A stretch of 51,867 bases of DNA. Source: Octopus bimaculoides. Taxonomy: Eukaryota. Where the stretch lies: the NCBI RefSeq assembly GCF_001194135.2, contig NC_068999.1, positions 9,704,237-9,756,103 of the forward strand, in the 5' to 3' direction. This document shows, one piece after another, positions 1 through 11,825 of the stretch (positions are counted from its first letter, which is position 1; the number at the start of each line of letters is the position of its first letter). The notes below the pieces were generated by a model. It worked only from the letters and a program-made list of their open reading frames with translations, was not told where the DNA came from and did not search any database. The position numbers were made by a program, and so were the translations under genes.

Positions 1-206
1 TATCTGTGTTTGTCCCCCCAACATCGCTTGACAACCGATGCTGGTGTGTTTACGTCCCCGTAACCTAGCGGTTTGGCAAAAGAGAGATTGATAGAATAAG
101 TACTAGGCTTCCAAAGAATACGTCCTGGGGTCGATTTGCTCGACTAAAAGGCGGTGCTCCAGCATGGCCGTAGTCAAATGACTGAAACAAGTAAAATAGT
201 AAAATA
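1..206 (+). mobile_element. SINE family A, 3' half
   Basis: Motifs CGCTTGACAACCGATGCTGG and GTCGATTTGCTCGAC...GGCGGTGCTCCAGCATGGCCG.AGTCAAATGACTGAAACAAGT plus an A-rich tail. Recognisable copies recur at 5448-5640, 17780-17980, 18011-18212 and 45713-45815. Confidence 0.85.
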
Positions 207-540
207 GTTAGGAAAGAAATAAAACAAAGAGGAAAAGAATGAAGCAAATGTCTCGATTTCAGTGACCCTTGTCATTAGTTATTCTCCGGGTGTCTTAGTT
301 TGTACGCCGTGTCACCCTCCTAACTTGTATGGATCTAGTTTCTACCGTACCTTGTATGTCACTTGCCATCTACCCCCAATAACCTTCACGTCCCCACAGA
401 TGTCATATGCACCCTTTCAACATTTTTTCTTTTCTTTTGTTTTATGTTATAGTTTTGCAATTGTTTTGGGTTTTTTTCTCCTCTTTACTTCTTTTTAAAT
501 TTATTTATTCATGTATTTATTTATTCATTTATTGTTATTG

Positions 541-541
541 C

Positions 542-603
<62 letters not shown>
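541..603. repeat. (TAT)n microsatellite
   Basis: Direct reading; explains the poly-Tyr ORF at 407-715. Confidence 0.97.
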
Positions 604-605
<2 letters not shown>

Positions 606-1184
606 TGCATCTTCTCGAACCGATCCACCTGACATGTTGCTGTAATTACATAGACATTTCTCAGCACTGCGTTTCCGTCACAAGTACTCCAAAAACAACT
701 ATACTAAGTATATAAATATAAGCGATCATACGTATACATACACAGACATTAAAAAACAAAACAAACAAAAAACAAAATAAAACACTTATATACCAGAGAC
801 ACGCACGCACACATGTGCATACATATGTTTACCTACATAAATATATGTGTGAATGAGTACGTTTGCCTATGTGTTGTTTTGTGTAAGTTTTTGCATGTAT
901 ATTTATCTCTCTGCGTCCGCGTTTGAGTGCTTGAGATTTTGGTGAGAATATCTTAGCCAGCACTTGCAAGCGATTGTAGCCAGGTAGTTTTACTACATAC
1001 CGCAGTGAAATGTTTTAACTCACACACTACTATGAGATGAGTCATTGGAAAATGGAAAATTAGATGCGCTATATATAAATTAACAAGATAATCATGAGGA
1101 ATCTTCTTTTGGCCGTAGATTAGCTGGATCTGATCTCTGGCTAAACGAAAATTTATATGGGTGCTGAATGTTTCAAAATCTACT

Positions 1185-1395
1185 AAGTCAGCGAGCTGGT
1201 TGAATCGTTAGCACGCCGGGCCAAATTCTTAGCTGCATTTCGTCTGCCCCTCCGTTCTGAGTTCAAATTCCGTCGAGGTCGACTCTGCCTTTCCTCCTCT
1301 CAGGGTCGATGAAATAAGTATCAGTTAAGTGCTGAGGTCGATGTAAACGACTAGCCCCTCCCCACAAATTTTCAAGTCCTTGTGCCTAGACTAGA
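1185..1395 (+). mobile_element. SINE family B (tRNA-derived, octopus OR/OK-like)
   Basis: Head GCGAGCTGG..GAATCGTTAGCACGCCGGG, B-box-like GAGTTCAAATTCC, central GAGGTCGACT.TGCCTTTC. Many copies in the window; the family name is from recall. Confidence 0.85.
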
Positions 1396-1424
1396 AATGA
1401 TAACAATTATAATTATTATTATTA

Positions 1425-1612
1425 AAAGCGGTGACCTCGCAGTATCGTTAGGGCACCGGACGAAATGCCTAGTGGTATTTCGCTCGTCGCTACGTTCTGA
1501 GTTCAAATTCTGCCGAGGTCGACTTTGCCTTTCATCCATTCAGAGGTGTCGTTGTAATCGACTTAACCTGCTCCCCCAAAATTGCTTGCCTTGTTCGGAA
1601 ATTTCAAACCAA
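1425..1612 (+). mobile_element. SINE family B, second head-to-tail copy
   Basis: CGTTCTGAGTTCAAATTCTGCCGAGGTCGACTTTGCCTTTCATCC matches the 1185 and 48600 copies. Confidence 0.85.
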
Positions 1613-1865
1613 TATTACGAAATCCTTGAAAGCGTCTACTTGCTGCTAATAAAGATTTCTTTGAGATAACTCAAAACTGTATTAAATTTGTTGGACTCCA
1701 AATCATATGTTTGGGGCTCTGTTGTAAACAAGAGATGACTAGCAGAGAAAAGCCTCGTGGGCCAAGGAATGACGATACGTTTATTGATTTCGCATCACGT
1801 AGCACAGTAAACACTTGCAGGTAATGTTTTAAAGCAGAATTTGGGGATTATACAAGCCTATATGT

Positions 1866-2200
1866 GAAGGCGCATGGCTCAGTGGTTAGAGCGTCGAACT
1901 TACGATCGTGGGTTGTGAATTCGAATCCCGGACCAGGCTGCGTGTTGTGTTCTTGAGCAAGACACTTTATTTCACGTTGCTCCAGTTCACTCAGCTGTAG
2001 AAATGAGTTGTGACGTCACTGGTGCGAAGCTGTAACGGCCCCTTTGCCTTTGCCTTGGATAACATCAGTGGCGTGAAGAGGGGAGGCTGGTATGCATGGG
2101 CGACTGCTAGCCTTCCACAAACAGCCTTGCCCGGGCATGTGCCTCGGAGGGTAACTTTCTAGGTGCAATCCCATGGTCAGTCATGACCGAAGGGGGTCTC
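1866..2200 (+). mobile_element. SINE family C: tRNA head, CORE-like centre, own tail
   Basis: A box TGGCTCAGTGG (1875-1885) and B-box-like TTCGAATCCC (1920-1929), then TGTGTTCTTGAGCAAGACACTT...CAGCTGTAGAAATGAG resembling the CORE-SINE domain. No tRNA acceptor-stem closure. Confidence 0.85.
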
Positions 2201-2752
2201 AACATGTGAAATTAGGTAGATGGCAAAACATAAGGAACCTATCTGACAGATCATGTTTGTCAACTCGCAGATTTCACCATTTTTCTCACGGAACCTAACC
2301 TACAAGCTCAAAGGACGCGACATTTTTTTATATATTTTTTCTTGACTACGAATAAAAAAACTATAAAAATAACTGATTAAGTGATATTAAAGCAAGACGG
2401 AAACCTGGGATATCTTCCAGAAAAACGCAACAGGAACTGAACTCAGGAATTAAATGAAAGCTAATGAACCAAATTTTCACGCTTAAATCGTTCATGAAGG
2501 TAACTAGTCTTTACTGCCAAAGTGCCAGTTAAGTGGCATGCAGACTGGGCCAATTGAAAATCACTTGACTAGAAAATTAATTCAAAGTCGAGAACAGGAC
2601 ACGAACCAGCGAGCTTTAGGGTGACATTCAGTACATTATCAAGTTAGCTCTGCACATCCTCACTACTTAATTATACACATGACAGGGGAAATTGAAAAAC
2701 CTGTTATATATGCGTATATAATAAATAAATAAATAAATATATGTATGTGTGA

Positions 2753-2784
<32 letters not shown>

Positions 2785-3489
2785 NNNNNNNNNNNNNNNN
2801 NNNNNNNNNNNNNNNNNNNNNNNNNNNNNNNNNNNNNNNNNNNNNNNNNNNNNNNNNNNNNNNNNNNNNNNNNNNNNNNNNNNNNNNNNNNNNNNNNNNN
2901 NNNNNNNNNNNNNNNNNNNNNNNNNNNNNNNNNNNNNNNNNNNNNNNNNNNNNNNNNNNNNNNNNNNNNNNNNNNNNNNNNNNNNNNNNNNNNNNNNNNN
3001 NNNNNNNNNNNNNNNNNNNNNNNNNNNNNNNNNNNNNNNNNNNNNNNNNNNNNNNNNNNNNNNNNNNNNNNNNNNNNNNNNNNNNNNNNNNNNNNNNNNN
3101 NNNNNNNNNNNNNNNNNNNNNNNNNNNNNNNNNNNNNNNNNNNNNNNNNNNNNNNNNNNNNNNNNNNNNNNNNNNNNNNNNNNNNNTATATATATACATA
3201 TAAATATATACATACACATACACATATGTAAATATATATACACACGTACTCAGACGCACGCGCACACTCACACATACACACATCTTCCTAACGTACTGAA
3301 AATGTTGGTGCACAATACCGAATGTGTAACGAGTAGTAATAATTCTTTTTCCCGGTACCATTGGTTACTTGCAGAAATTTCCGCATTTTACATCCGGAAT
3401 TTGAAGCATGAATGGCGCTACATTAAATATTTACTGAAATATGTCTTCTAAAGTTCTCTAACACCCACCCACACATAGCGTGTAATATG

Positions 3490-3604
3490 CAATCGGGTTT
3501 GGTCCCACAATGTTGGAACTTTAGTAAGTCTCTTCTACCATGCCCCAGAGATGGCCAAGTCATTCTGTTTGCATCTGGTAGATGGAAACTGAAAAAAGTC
3601 TGTA
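3490..3604 (+). mobile_element. Degenerate SINE family A 5' half
   Basis: TGGTAGATGGAAACTGAAAAAAGTC matches the reverse complement of 5773-5805 and matches 17590-17620; followed by a CT/ATCT repeat. Confidence 0.6.
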
Positions 3605-4139
3605 AAATCCATTCAATTTCTCTCCCTGTCTCTCTCTCTACTTATCTATCTGTCTCTATATCTATCTGTCTGCTGTCTGTCTAATCTATCTATCTATCTA
3701 TCTATCTATCTGTCCGTCTGTTNNNNNNNNNNATATACCTGTATGTACATATACAGAATCAGTTACGCTTTAAGGACAGTTAATACGACAAATAAACAAT
3801 AAGAGCGGCATAAAAAACTAATGATAATTTTTAAGTTATTTACTGAGTGAACTTGAGCTTACCACGTGACGTGTGCCAATAGAAGATTAATGGCCTAACG
3901 TGCGAGTCAGGGATAATTTTCATTTATTTCATTTTTACTATGCTTTTAGTTTTCTTTTTTGTTGATTGTCCCATTCTCCCTTTCTTCATTTCGCTTTACT
4001 GTCACTATCGTTTTTAAAGTTTATATTTTGCTCTTATCTGCTGTCTTTCTTTCTTTCTTTCCTTCTTTCTTTCTTTCATTCTTTCTTTCTTTTCTGCAAT
4101 TTAATCTTTTTCTCCTTTTCAACCTTTAGTTTTGCGATT

Positions 4140-4150
4140 TACTTGTCCAC

Positions 4151-4217
<67 letters not shown>

Positions 4218-4365
4218 CCTACCTACCTACCTATATATGTATGTATGTATCTATCTATATACATATCTATCTCACTATCTATCCATGTAGCTATCTATGC
4301 ATCTGTCTGATACATTATCTATCAATCTATCTGTCCATCTACCTTTATCCATCAGTAAATTAATC
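4140..4365. repeat. (ATCT)n/(ACCT)n tetranucleotide array
   Basis: Direct reading. Confidence 0.95.
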
Positions 4366-5407
4366 AATGNNNNNNNNNNNNNNNNNNNNNNNNNNNNNNN
4401 NNNNNNNNNNNNNNNNNNNNNNNNNNNNNNNNNNNNNNNNNNNNNNNNNNNNNNNNNNNNNNNNNNNNNNNNNNNNNNNNNNNNNNNNNNNNNNNNNNNN
4501 NNNNNNNNNNNNNNNNNNNNNNNNNNNNNNNNNNNNNNNNNNNNNNNNNNNNNNNNNNNNNNNNNNNNNNNNNNNNNNNNNNNNNNNNNNNNNNNNNNNT
4601 CTTGTCCTGTTGTGTCCTGTCTTCTTGGTTTTTCGTCCCCGCTGCACTTTGACTTAAACTCCATCATGTTGTTTCAAAACTGTTAAGCGATGCTTAGCTA
4701 TCAGTTTACAAAAAAAAAAAAAACATGACAACACCACACCAATAATTCTACCACCACCACCATCACTGTCACAACTACAACCACTACCAGCACACCAACA
4801 ATATGAAATCATCAGTACCATCAAGAAGAGCAAACAGCAATAATACAAATAAATAAATAAATAAATAGATAAATAAATAAGAAAAAAAAAGGGGCTCAAG
4901 AAAAGCAATGTCACTTCGGCATGACAAAGTGTTAACGTCAGGGGTGAAAAAACAAAAGCAATATACGAAAACAATAAAAATAATTGAACCAAACAACAAC
5001 AAAAAAAGGTAAAAGAAAACGAAATGAGGTTGAGATAGATCATTGCACTGAAGACTTGATCTAAGATTTCAAATGGATTTGTCTGGTGTCACTTCACCGT
5101 TTGGCATGTTACCGGGGTGGGGAATCGCGTAGGGAGTGTTGGTTAGAAATCCTATCGTGTTTTTTACAGCTACTGCACTAAACATCCGACACAGATCATG
5201 TGTTTAGACTAAGCCGTAGATACCCCGATTACGGCACTTGACCTCAGGTCACCATGTATTTATTTGTTTATTTGATTAACCACTAAAAGAAAGGGAAGCA
5301 AATTTTGTGCGCGTGTTGGTGTGCATGTATGTATGTATGTATGTATGTATGTATGTGTATGTAAGTGTGTGTATATATATATATATATATGCATTCACAC
5401 GCATTAC

Positions 5408-5438
<31 letters not shown>

Positions 5439-5447
5439 TATCAGTAT

Positions 5448-5727
5448 CTTTAACGTTTACTTGTTTCAGTCTGCGGCCATGCTGGGGCACCGTCTTGAAA
5501 CATTTTTGTCATATGAATCAATGCAAGTAGTTATGTTTTTTTGTTTTTTTTAAAGCCTGGTACTTATGCTATCGGTCACTTTTGCTGAACCACTAGTTTA
5601 TGGGAACGTAAACATAGCAACACCGGCTGTCATGTGGTGGTGGAAAAACACAACTTAACCACACACACAACACAACACAACAACACACACACCCTCTCTC
5701 TCCCTCTATCTCTCTCACACCCACACT

Positions 5728-5773
<46 letters not shown>

Positions 5774-5860
5774 CGACGGGCTTCTATCAGTTTCCGTCTA
5801 CCAAATGCACTCACAAGTCTTGGGTCGGCCCGAGGCTATATTAGAAGAGAGTGGAACTGA
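5448..5860 (-). mobile_element. Bipartite SINE family A (5' half, internal microsatellite, 3' half)
   Basis: 5' half at 5770-5860 (CGACGGGCTTCTATCAGTTTCCGTCTACCAAAT on +), CA/TA/CT repeat at 5650-5770, 3' half at 5448-5640 (ACTTGTTTCAGTC..GCGGCCATGCTGGGGCACCG on +). Confidence 0.85.
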
Positions 5861-6171
5861 TCTTGATACTGATCTCGTGTAGGTGTTATGCAAAATCCTT
5901 ATAACACAGTCACGCCTGCACCACTTTCGGAGCAAATATTTATTTTAATGGAATATCTATGCACGTAACATGAAACATTTACGTAACATGAAACATTCAT
6001 CGAGAAAACAATATATTTCAGCGAAAATTGCCTTTATCGAGGCATTTTATATTACATAAATTTGCCATAAAATGTCCACAGTTAGAAATGTTCTTGCTTT
6101 GTCGTAAAGCTAAGCAGAATCCTAAAGGACTACTTAATTTCTTGTTATTTACAGAAACGTATATTACTTAT

Positions 6172-6618
6172 ATCGTGTTACCAACAGCACTGTATGCCAG
6201 TGAAACTTGGAAAGTAACATCAACAATATCCAAGAAACTGGGTGTATTCCACCAGAGGTGCTTGCGGAGAATATTGAAGATCTCCTATCGCGACCACATC
6301 ACAAATAATGCAGTCCTCCAGCGAGCACAGTCCAGAATGTTGCAAGACATCGTGGCAGAGAGAAGAATAAGACTAGTCGGACACATTTTCCGCACGCAAA
6401 ACCAACGGCACGCCAAAACAGCATTTAGATGGGAACTACCTGGCGGAAAGAGAAAGAGAGGAAGACCAAAAATAACATGGCGCAGATCGTTCAAAGCAGA
6501 CATAGCAGTAATAAACAGAAAATGGGAGAACATCGAGAGAGAGAGGCTGCCGATAGAGATCAGTGGAGATTGTTGTCTGCCCAATGCGCCACCAGACGCG
6601 GGATGGAGTAAGGACTAA
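6172..6618 (+). mobile_element. 5'-truncated RTE-clade LINE, ORF C-terminus
   Basis: IVLPTALYASETW...FHQRCLRRILKISYRDHITN...RRIRLVGHIFR...GKRKRGRPKITW is the typical post-RT region of RTE-like LINEs. A 2-nt GA slip near 6540 shifts into AADRDQWRLL..GME*; short TAAGG-repeat tail. Confidence 0.9.
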
Positions 6619-8036
6619 GGATATTACTCATACATAAGTTTTTATCACATAGTACGAATTGCAAATTAAAACCTACTTGGTAAATAAATATATATTAAAC
6701 GGCACGAGAAAATGCCGTAATTTATGTCTGGATCGATATTCTACAATCTTAGTTATTCCTTGTAATGAACGGAAATAAGAATTTCGATCTTTACTCAATA
6801 GAGGAAGGACATTTTTGAATTGAGTCATTCTAAAGTGATTCCATCTAACACGCTTCATGAAACAAGCTAATGAGGTAGCAGCTAAATTGTCGCGCAATCG
6901 TCTAAGAATAACAGTATACCTGACTGAAATTTAGAAGCTAATGTCTTTAGGAAGAAAATTCTACATTTATATATTGTTGTCTTGTTGGACATGAAAAAAA
7001 ATCCTTGTGGTAACGCTTGGAATACCCTTCGTTATAAATCTGCTTCATCAGTGCTGTCCGTGATTTTAAATAACAAGAAACAAAATATTTCATAAAATGT
7101 TGAAATGTTGCAGCGCATCGCATTTATTGTGGACGGAAATACGAAATCTTTACTTGGTTCGCATAGTTCTCAAGTTAATTAAGCGAAGCAAGGTAAATTA
7201 AAAACACAAAAAGTGGTTTGGGCTGTAACAGAAGAGTATTGGATAATTAAGGACTATAATTCTTTCTCTGTGTGGGTGTGGTAGAAATCAACGGGTAACA
7301 ACTGAAGTATATATTTTTTGTTTAACATTTGATAAACATTGTAGTCAAATCGTATACGTGATTTCAATTAATCATCTTCAAATTTATTCTGTTATTGTGT
7401 TCAAATTAATTCTATTGTTATATTTCGGGGGCATAAAAGATAAAAAAAAACACGTCCTACTGTTTGTTAATGTGTCAATTAATAAAGTCACGCACTACAA
7501 ATTAATTATTCTTTATTTTTATTTGAAAAATATTCTAACAGAGATCAAGACTTATCATACGGGTAGGATCAAAGATTCTGATGATGACAATAAAATATTA
7601 AACATTATAAAGAAATGAATTATTAATTAACAGTGCAGGTGTTTGTTACTTGCACTCTATTTAGTGGTAACAAGCTGGGTTTGTGCATTCGTCTTTCGTC
7701 TCCTTCGGTTGATCCATTGCACTATAAAGTCGGTGTACTTTTTTTGTCTCAGGTTAAGACAGTTGATAATTCTCAAATGTATTTTCTAATTCACGCTTGC
7801 ATAGAATGTGGTGCATGCGCACCCGAGGACCTGGTTTTCAAATATGACATCTTTGTACTTCATTACTGTAAACCTTAATCGAAAAAAAAAAAATACAAAC
7901 ACACACGCTCTGATACAGACACACACTTGCATACACGTAGACACACACGGAAAGAAGCACGATCTCGCGCTATCACATGAAAGATATGCTTCTGTGCACC
8001 TGTATATATATATATGTATCCAAATGAGCAGATGCA

Positions 8037-8096
<60 letters not shown>

Positions 8097-8673
8097 NNNN
8101 NNNNNNNNNNNNNNNNNNNNNNNNNNNNNNNNNNNNNNNNNNNNNNNNNNNNNNNNNNNNNNNNNNNNNNNNNNNNNNNNNNNNNNNNNNNNNNNNNNNN
8201 NNNNNNNNNNNNNNNNNNNNNNNNNNNNNNNNNNNNNNNNNNNNNNNNNNNNNNNNNNNNNNNNNNNNNNNNNNNNNNNNNNNNNNNNNNNNNNNNNNNN
8301 NNNNNNNNNNNNNNNNNNNNNNNNNNNNNNNNNNNNNNNNNNNNNNNNNNNNNNNNNNNNNNNNNNNNNNNNNNNNNNNNNNNNNNNNNNNNNNNNNNNN
8401 NNNNNNNNNNNNNNNNNNNNNNNNNNNNNNNNNNNNNNNNNNNNNNNNNNNNNNNNNNNNNNNNNNNNNNNNNNNNNNNNNNNNNNNNNNNNNNNNNNNN
8501 NNNNNNNNNNNNNNNNNNNNNNNNNNNNNNNNNNNNNNNNNNNNNNNNNNNNNNNNNNNNNNNNNNNNNNNNNNNNNNNNNNNNNNNNNNNNNNNNNNNN
8601 NNNNNNNNNNNNNNNNNNNNNNNNNNNNNNNNNNNNNNNNNNNNNNNNNNNNNNNNNNNNNNNNNNNGAGAGA

Positions 8674-8759
<86 letters not shown>

Positions 8760-9225
8760 AGGGAATTCAGTAATAGAGAGATACAGAATGAGCTAACATA
8801 AGACGTGAACGACGAGTGCATTAATTATAAATTTCCGAAAACTACGCATATCTTAATGAAATTTTGCAGAGATAAGTTTTCAACTGCGAAGATTAGGAAT
8901 ATGCTAATAACATTTAGAAGAATGTTTTATATTTATTTCAAATAAGTAAATGTGAAATTTATTTTATTGAATTAAAGGGTAATAAAAATATCCTTTCGAA
9001 AATTAGAATTTACTTAACCATTTTGTATAAGCGCTAAGGTGTTTGATAAAAACTAAGTCATACGCATTTTATATAAACTGTATATATCGATGTTACCAAC
9101 CGTGGCAAAAATACACTTTCATTAACACCTGTCATATAAGAGCTAAGAAGGTAGTGTACACATACACATACATATATGCATACACACACATCTATACTTA
9201 TGTATATATATATATATGCTACACA

Positions 9226-9458
9226 CCATACTAGTCATGTCTGTCGGGCATGTGGAAGGGAGTGTGATTCAGCAGGAGGAATTAAACGACACGCAAAGGT
9301 ACATGGAGCCCAATTACAACAACAGACAGCTATTGCCAGTTATGGATGCCAACTCTGTGCAAGACATTGTAGATCTTTGGCTGGGCTAAAACGTCACATT
9401 CGATCACAGCACCGTTAAGTTAAGCTTCGTGCAATGGCCATACTCGATAACGAGGGGG
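9226..9458 (+). mobile_element. Extreme 3' end of a LINE (RTE/RTEX-like) with two C2H2 zinc fingers
   Basis: CRACGRECDSAGGIKRHAKVH and CQLCARHCRSLAGLKRHIRSQH, stop at 9416-9418, then a short UTR ending GCCATCAT. No TGEKP linker, and no clear splice acceptor upstream (SSR). Confidence 0.7.
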
Positions 9459-9520
9459 CTGCCATCATACACACACACACACACACACACATACACACAC
9501 ATACACACACATATGTATAC

Positions 9521-9555
<35 letters not shown>

Positions 9556-11748
9556 TTATAAATATATGCATNNNNNNNNNNNNNNNNNNNNNNNNNNNNN
9601 NNNNNNNNNNNNNNNNNNNNNNNNNNNNNNNNNNNNNNNNNNNNNNNNNNNNNNNNNNNNNNNNNNNNNNNNNNNNNNNNNNNNNNNNNNNNNNNNNNNN
9701 NNNNNNNNNNNNNNNNNNNNNNNNNNNNNNNNNNNNNNNNNNNNNNNNNNNNNNNNNNNNNNNNNNNNNNNNNNNNNNNNNNNNNNNNNNNNNNNNNNNN
9801 NNNNNNNNNNNNNNNNNNNNNNNNNNNNNNNNNNNNNNNNNNNNNNNNNNNNNNNNNNNNNNNNNNNNNNNNNNNNNNNNNNNNNNNNNNNNNNNNNNNN
9901 NNNNNNNNNNNNNNNNNNNNNNNNNNNNNNNNNNNNNNNNNNNNNNNNNNNNNNNNNNNNNNNNNNNNNTAACGACAGAAAGATGTAAGAGGCAAATAAC
10001 AAAATATCGACATATTCAGACATGGTACCAAGATGTTGAAATCACTAACTACTTCTGGGAGTATAAGTAAATAAATTTATTTCACCAGAATCAATTTAAT
10101 AACAGCTGTAACATATCGATGTCCTTCAGAAAATTGTGTCTCTAAATTCATTGCTGCTGCATCGTGAATTTTTCCATGTGAAATTTTCTGGTAGTCACCT
10201 AAAACAGCAATCTGTTGGCTATCTTTTCTGTTTGCCTATTGTTCCGTAGTTATTGAATTTCTAGGTTCCTTCAAAAGCCACTGTCCTGATTCAGAAAAGA
10301 ACTGGCATTGAGATTAATGTCAGCTAAGATGTAAACACATTCTCCTTAATGTCTAGGGTTTCCCAAGACCAGATCTTGATATCGGATGCAGTTTAAAATC
10401 ATACATCACACTCCTTAAATTTAGGCCATCAGATAAATACTACGTGGTTGTTTGACCTGGTAGAGATAACCACCTGTCACTGCTCCCAAACCACGTCATA
10501 TCATATTAAAATAAATAGAAATGTATGCTAGATAATATTATTTTAAGTAACCCATTCTTCGAAAAGAAAGTGTTAGTAGTCACGACTGTAATACTTTTGA
10601 TTATAAATCTGCTCGATTTAGAGTGATATGGAGTTAAAAATACAACACTAACACCGACACACACTGCTGTAGATTTATGGCAGTTGAAGTTTAATGAGAA
10701 AATGAACTAAAGATCATTAATGTGGCTGAGAACAGAAGTAAGTGGGAGGCCCCATGTGCATGGCAAAAATAGTTAATTTACTTGTAACATTAAACGCTGT
10801 GAGCATTCACAAATTATATATAAAGAAGTATCCTTAGTATTAGCTTAGCTATTTCGACCAACTCCAGGAGAGAGATTACGCCTGTTCAACTTAGAATAAA
10901 CTTGAACATTTACTTAGGGATTCTCTCATCCCGAGGTTGGCGAATATGTGAAATTTATGCCTGTGTATAGACGCTCAGTATGTTAGAAATAGCAACTGCA
11001 TTGGCATCGAATTATACTAGACTGCCTTAAAAAAACTTTCAAAAATGTAGTGTATATCATATTCCACAAATATCCAGAATAGAAAACACCTGTCATAATA
11101 TTGTTATAAGTTCGCTTATTCAAGGCTCACCCAGGGTTAAAGAAATACTAACAGCAATAACAAATAGTGTAAAGAAATGCAGTTCAGTTTATGATGCCAC
11201 CCACTAGAAGAAACTGTGAGAATTATTTTCGTGCATAAAAATTGCGTATATATTTATGAGAATACGGGTTTCTGCATTAAAATGAAAAAAACAAATTGTG
11301 ACCTCGTTAATTTTATAGCTGCTCTGCCGTATTTCAGATATATATGGGTGGTAAATGGAAGATTACGTGTATTGTGGTCCGATGATAAGGTGTAGCTGAT
11401 ATATGAAAATTTAAGGAGCGTCTTCTTGCTACGGATGACAACCACGTTAGTTACGCCACAATAAGCATGTATTAATCGCTCCGGACAGTTAGTAATATAT
11501 TCAAAGTCTAATGTTTGATAAGATCGTTTAATACTGAAGTTTATTAATGGGAAGATGTGTGTGATAGTACGCTTCATAAGCTTGACTCATAGTTCTTGAA
11601 GAGAATCCTGCAGTCATAAATATGGTGCATTTAAAACCAACGATATTAAATACACAGAAAAATAATAATTTAAGGTGGCCTGTTGTAAAAATCGAACACG
11701 AAGTACCAACGTTGAAATGCGAACGATAGAAAAGTTGTTATTTCTCAG

Positions 11749-11825
11749 GGTGATTGGAATGGCTTTTTGGACATGCGCAAGACTTTGTATCTTTAACCGA
11801 GCTTTCTTGCAAGCCGTTGGAATAC
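11749..11825 (+). other. Candidate exon (77 nt), unassigned
   Basis: TTGTTATTTCTCAG acceptor and GTAAGT donor; one open frame VIGMAFWTCARLCIFNRAFLQAVGI with no recognisable homology. Confidence 0.2.

Noticed and set aside
1866-1935. tRNA-like sequence with A and B boxes (also 13599-13670 and 47920-47994)
   Set aside because: No acceptor-stem closure, and each continues into a SINE body; these are SINE heads, not tRNA genes.
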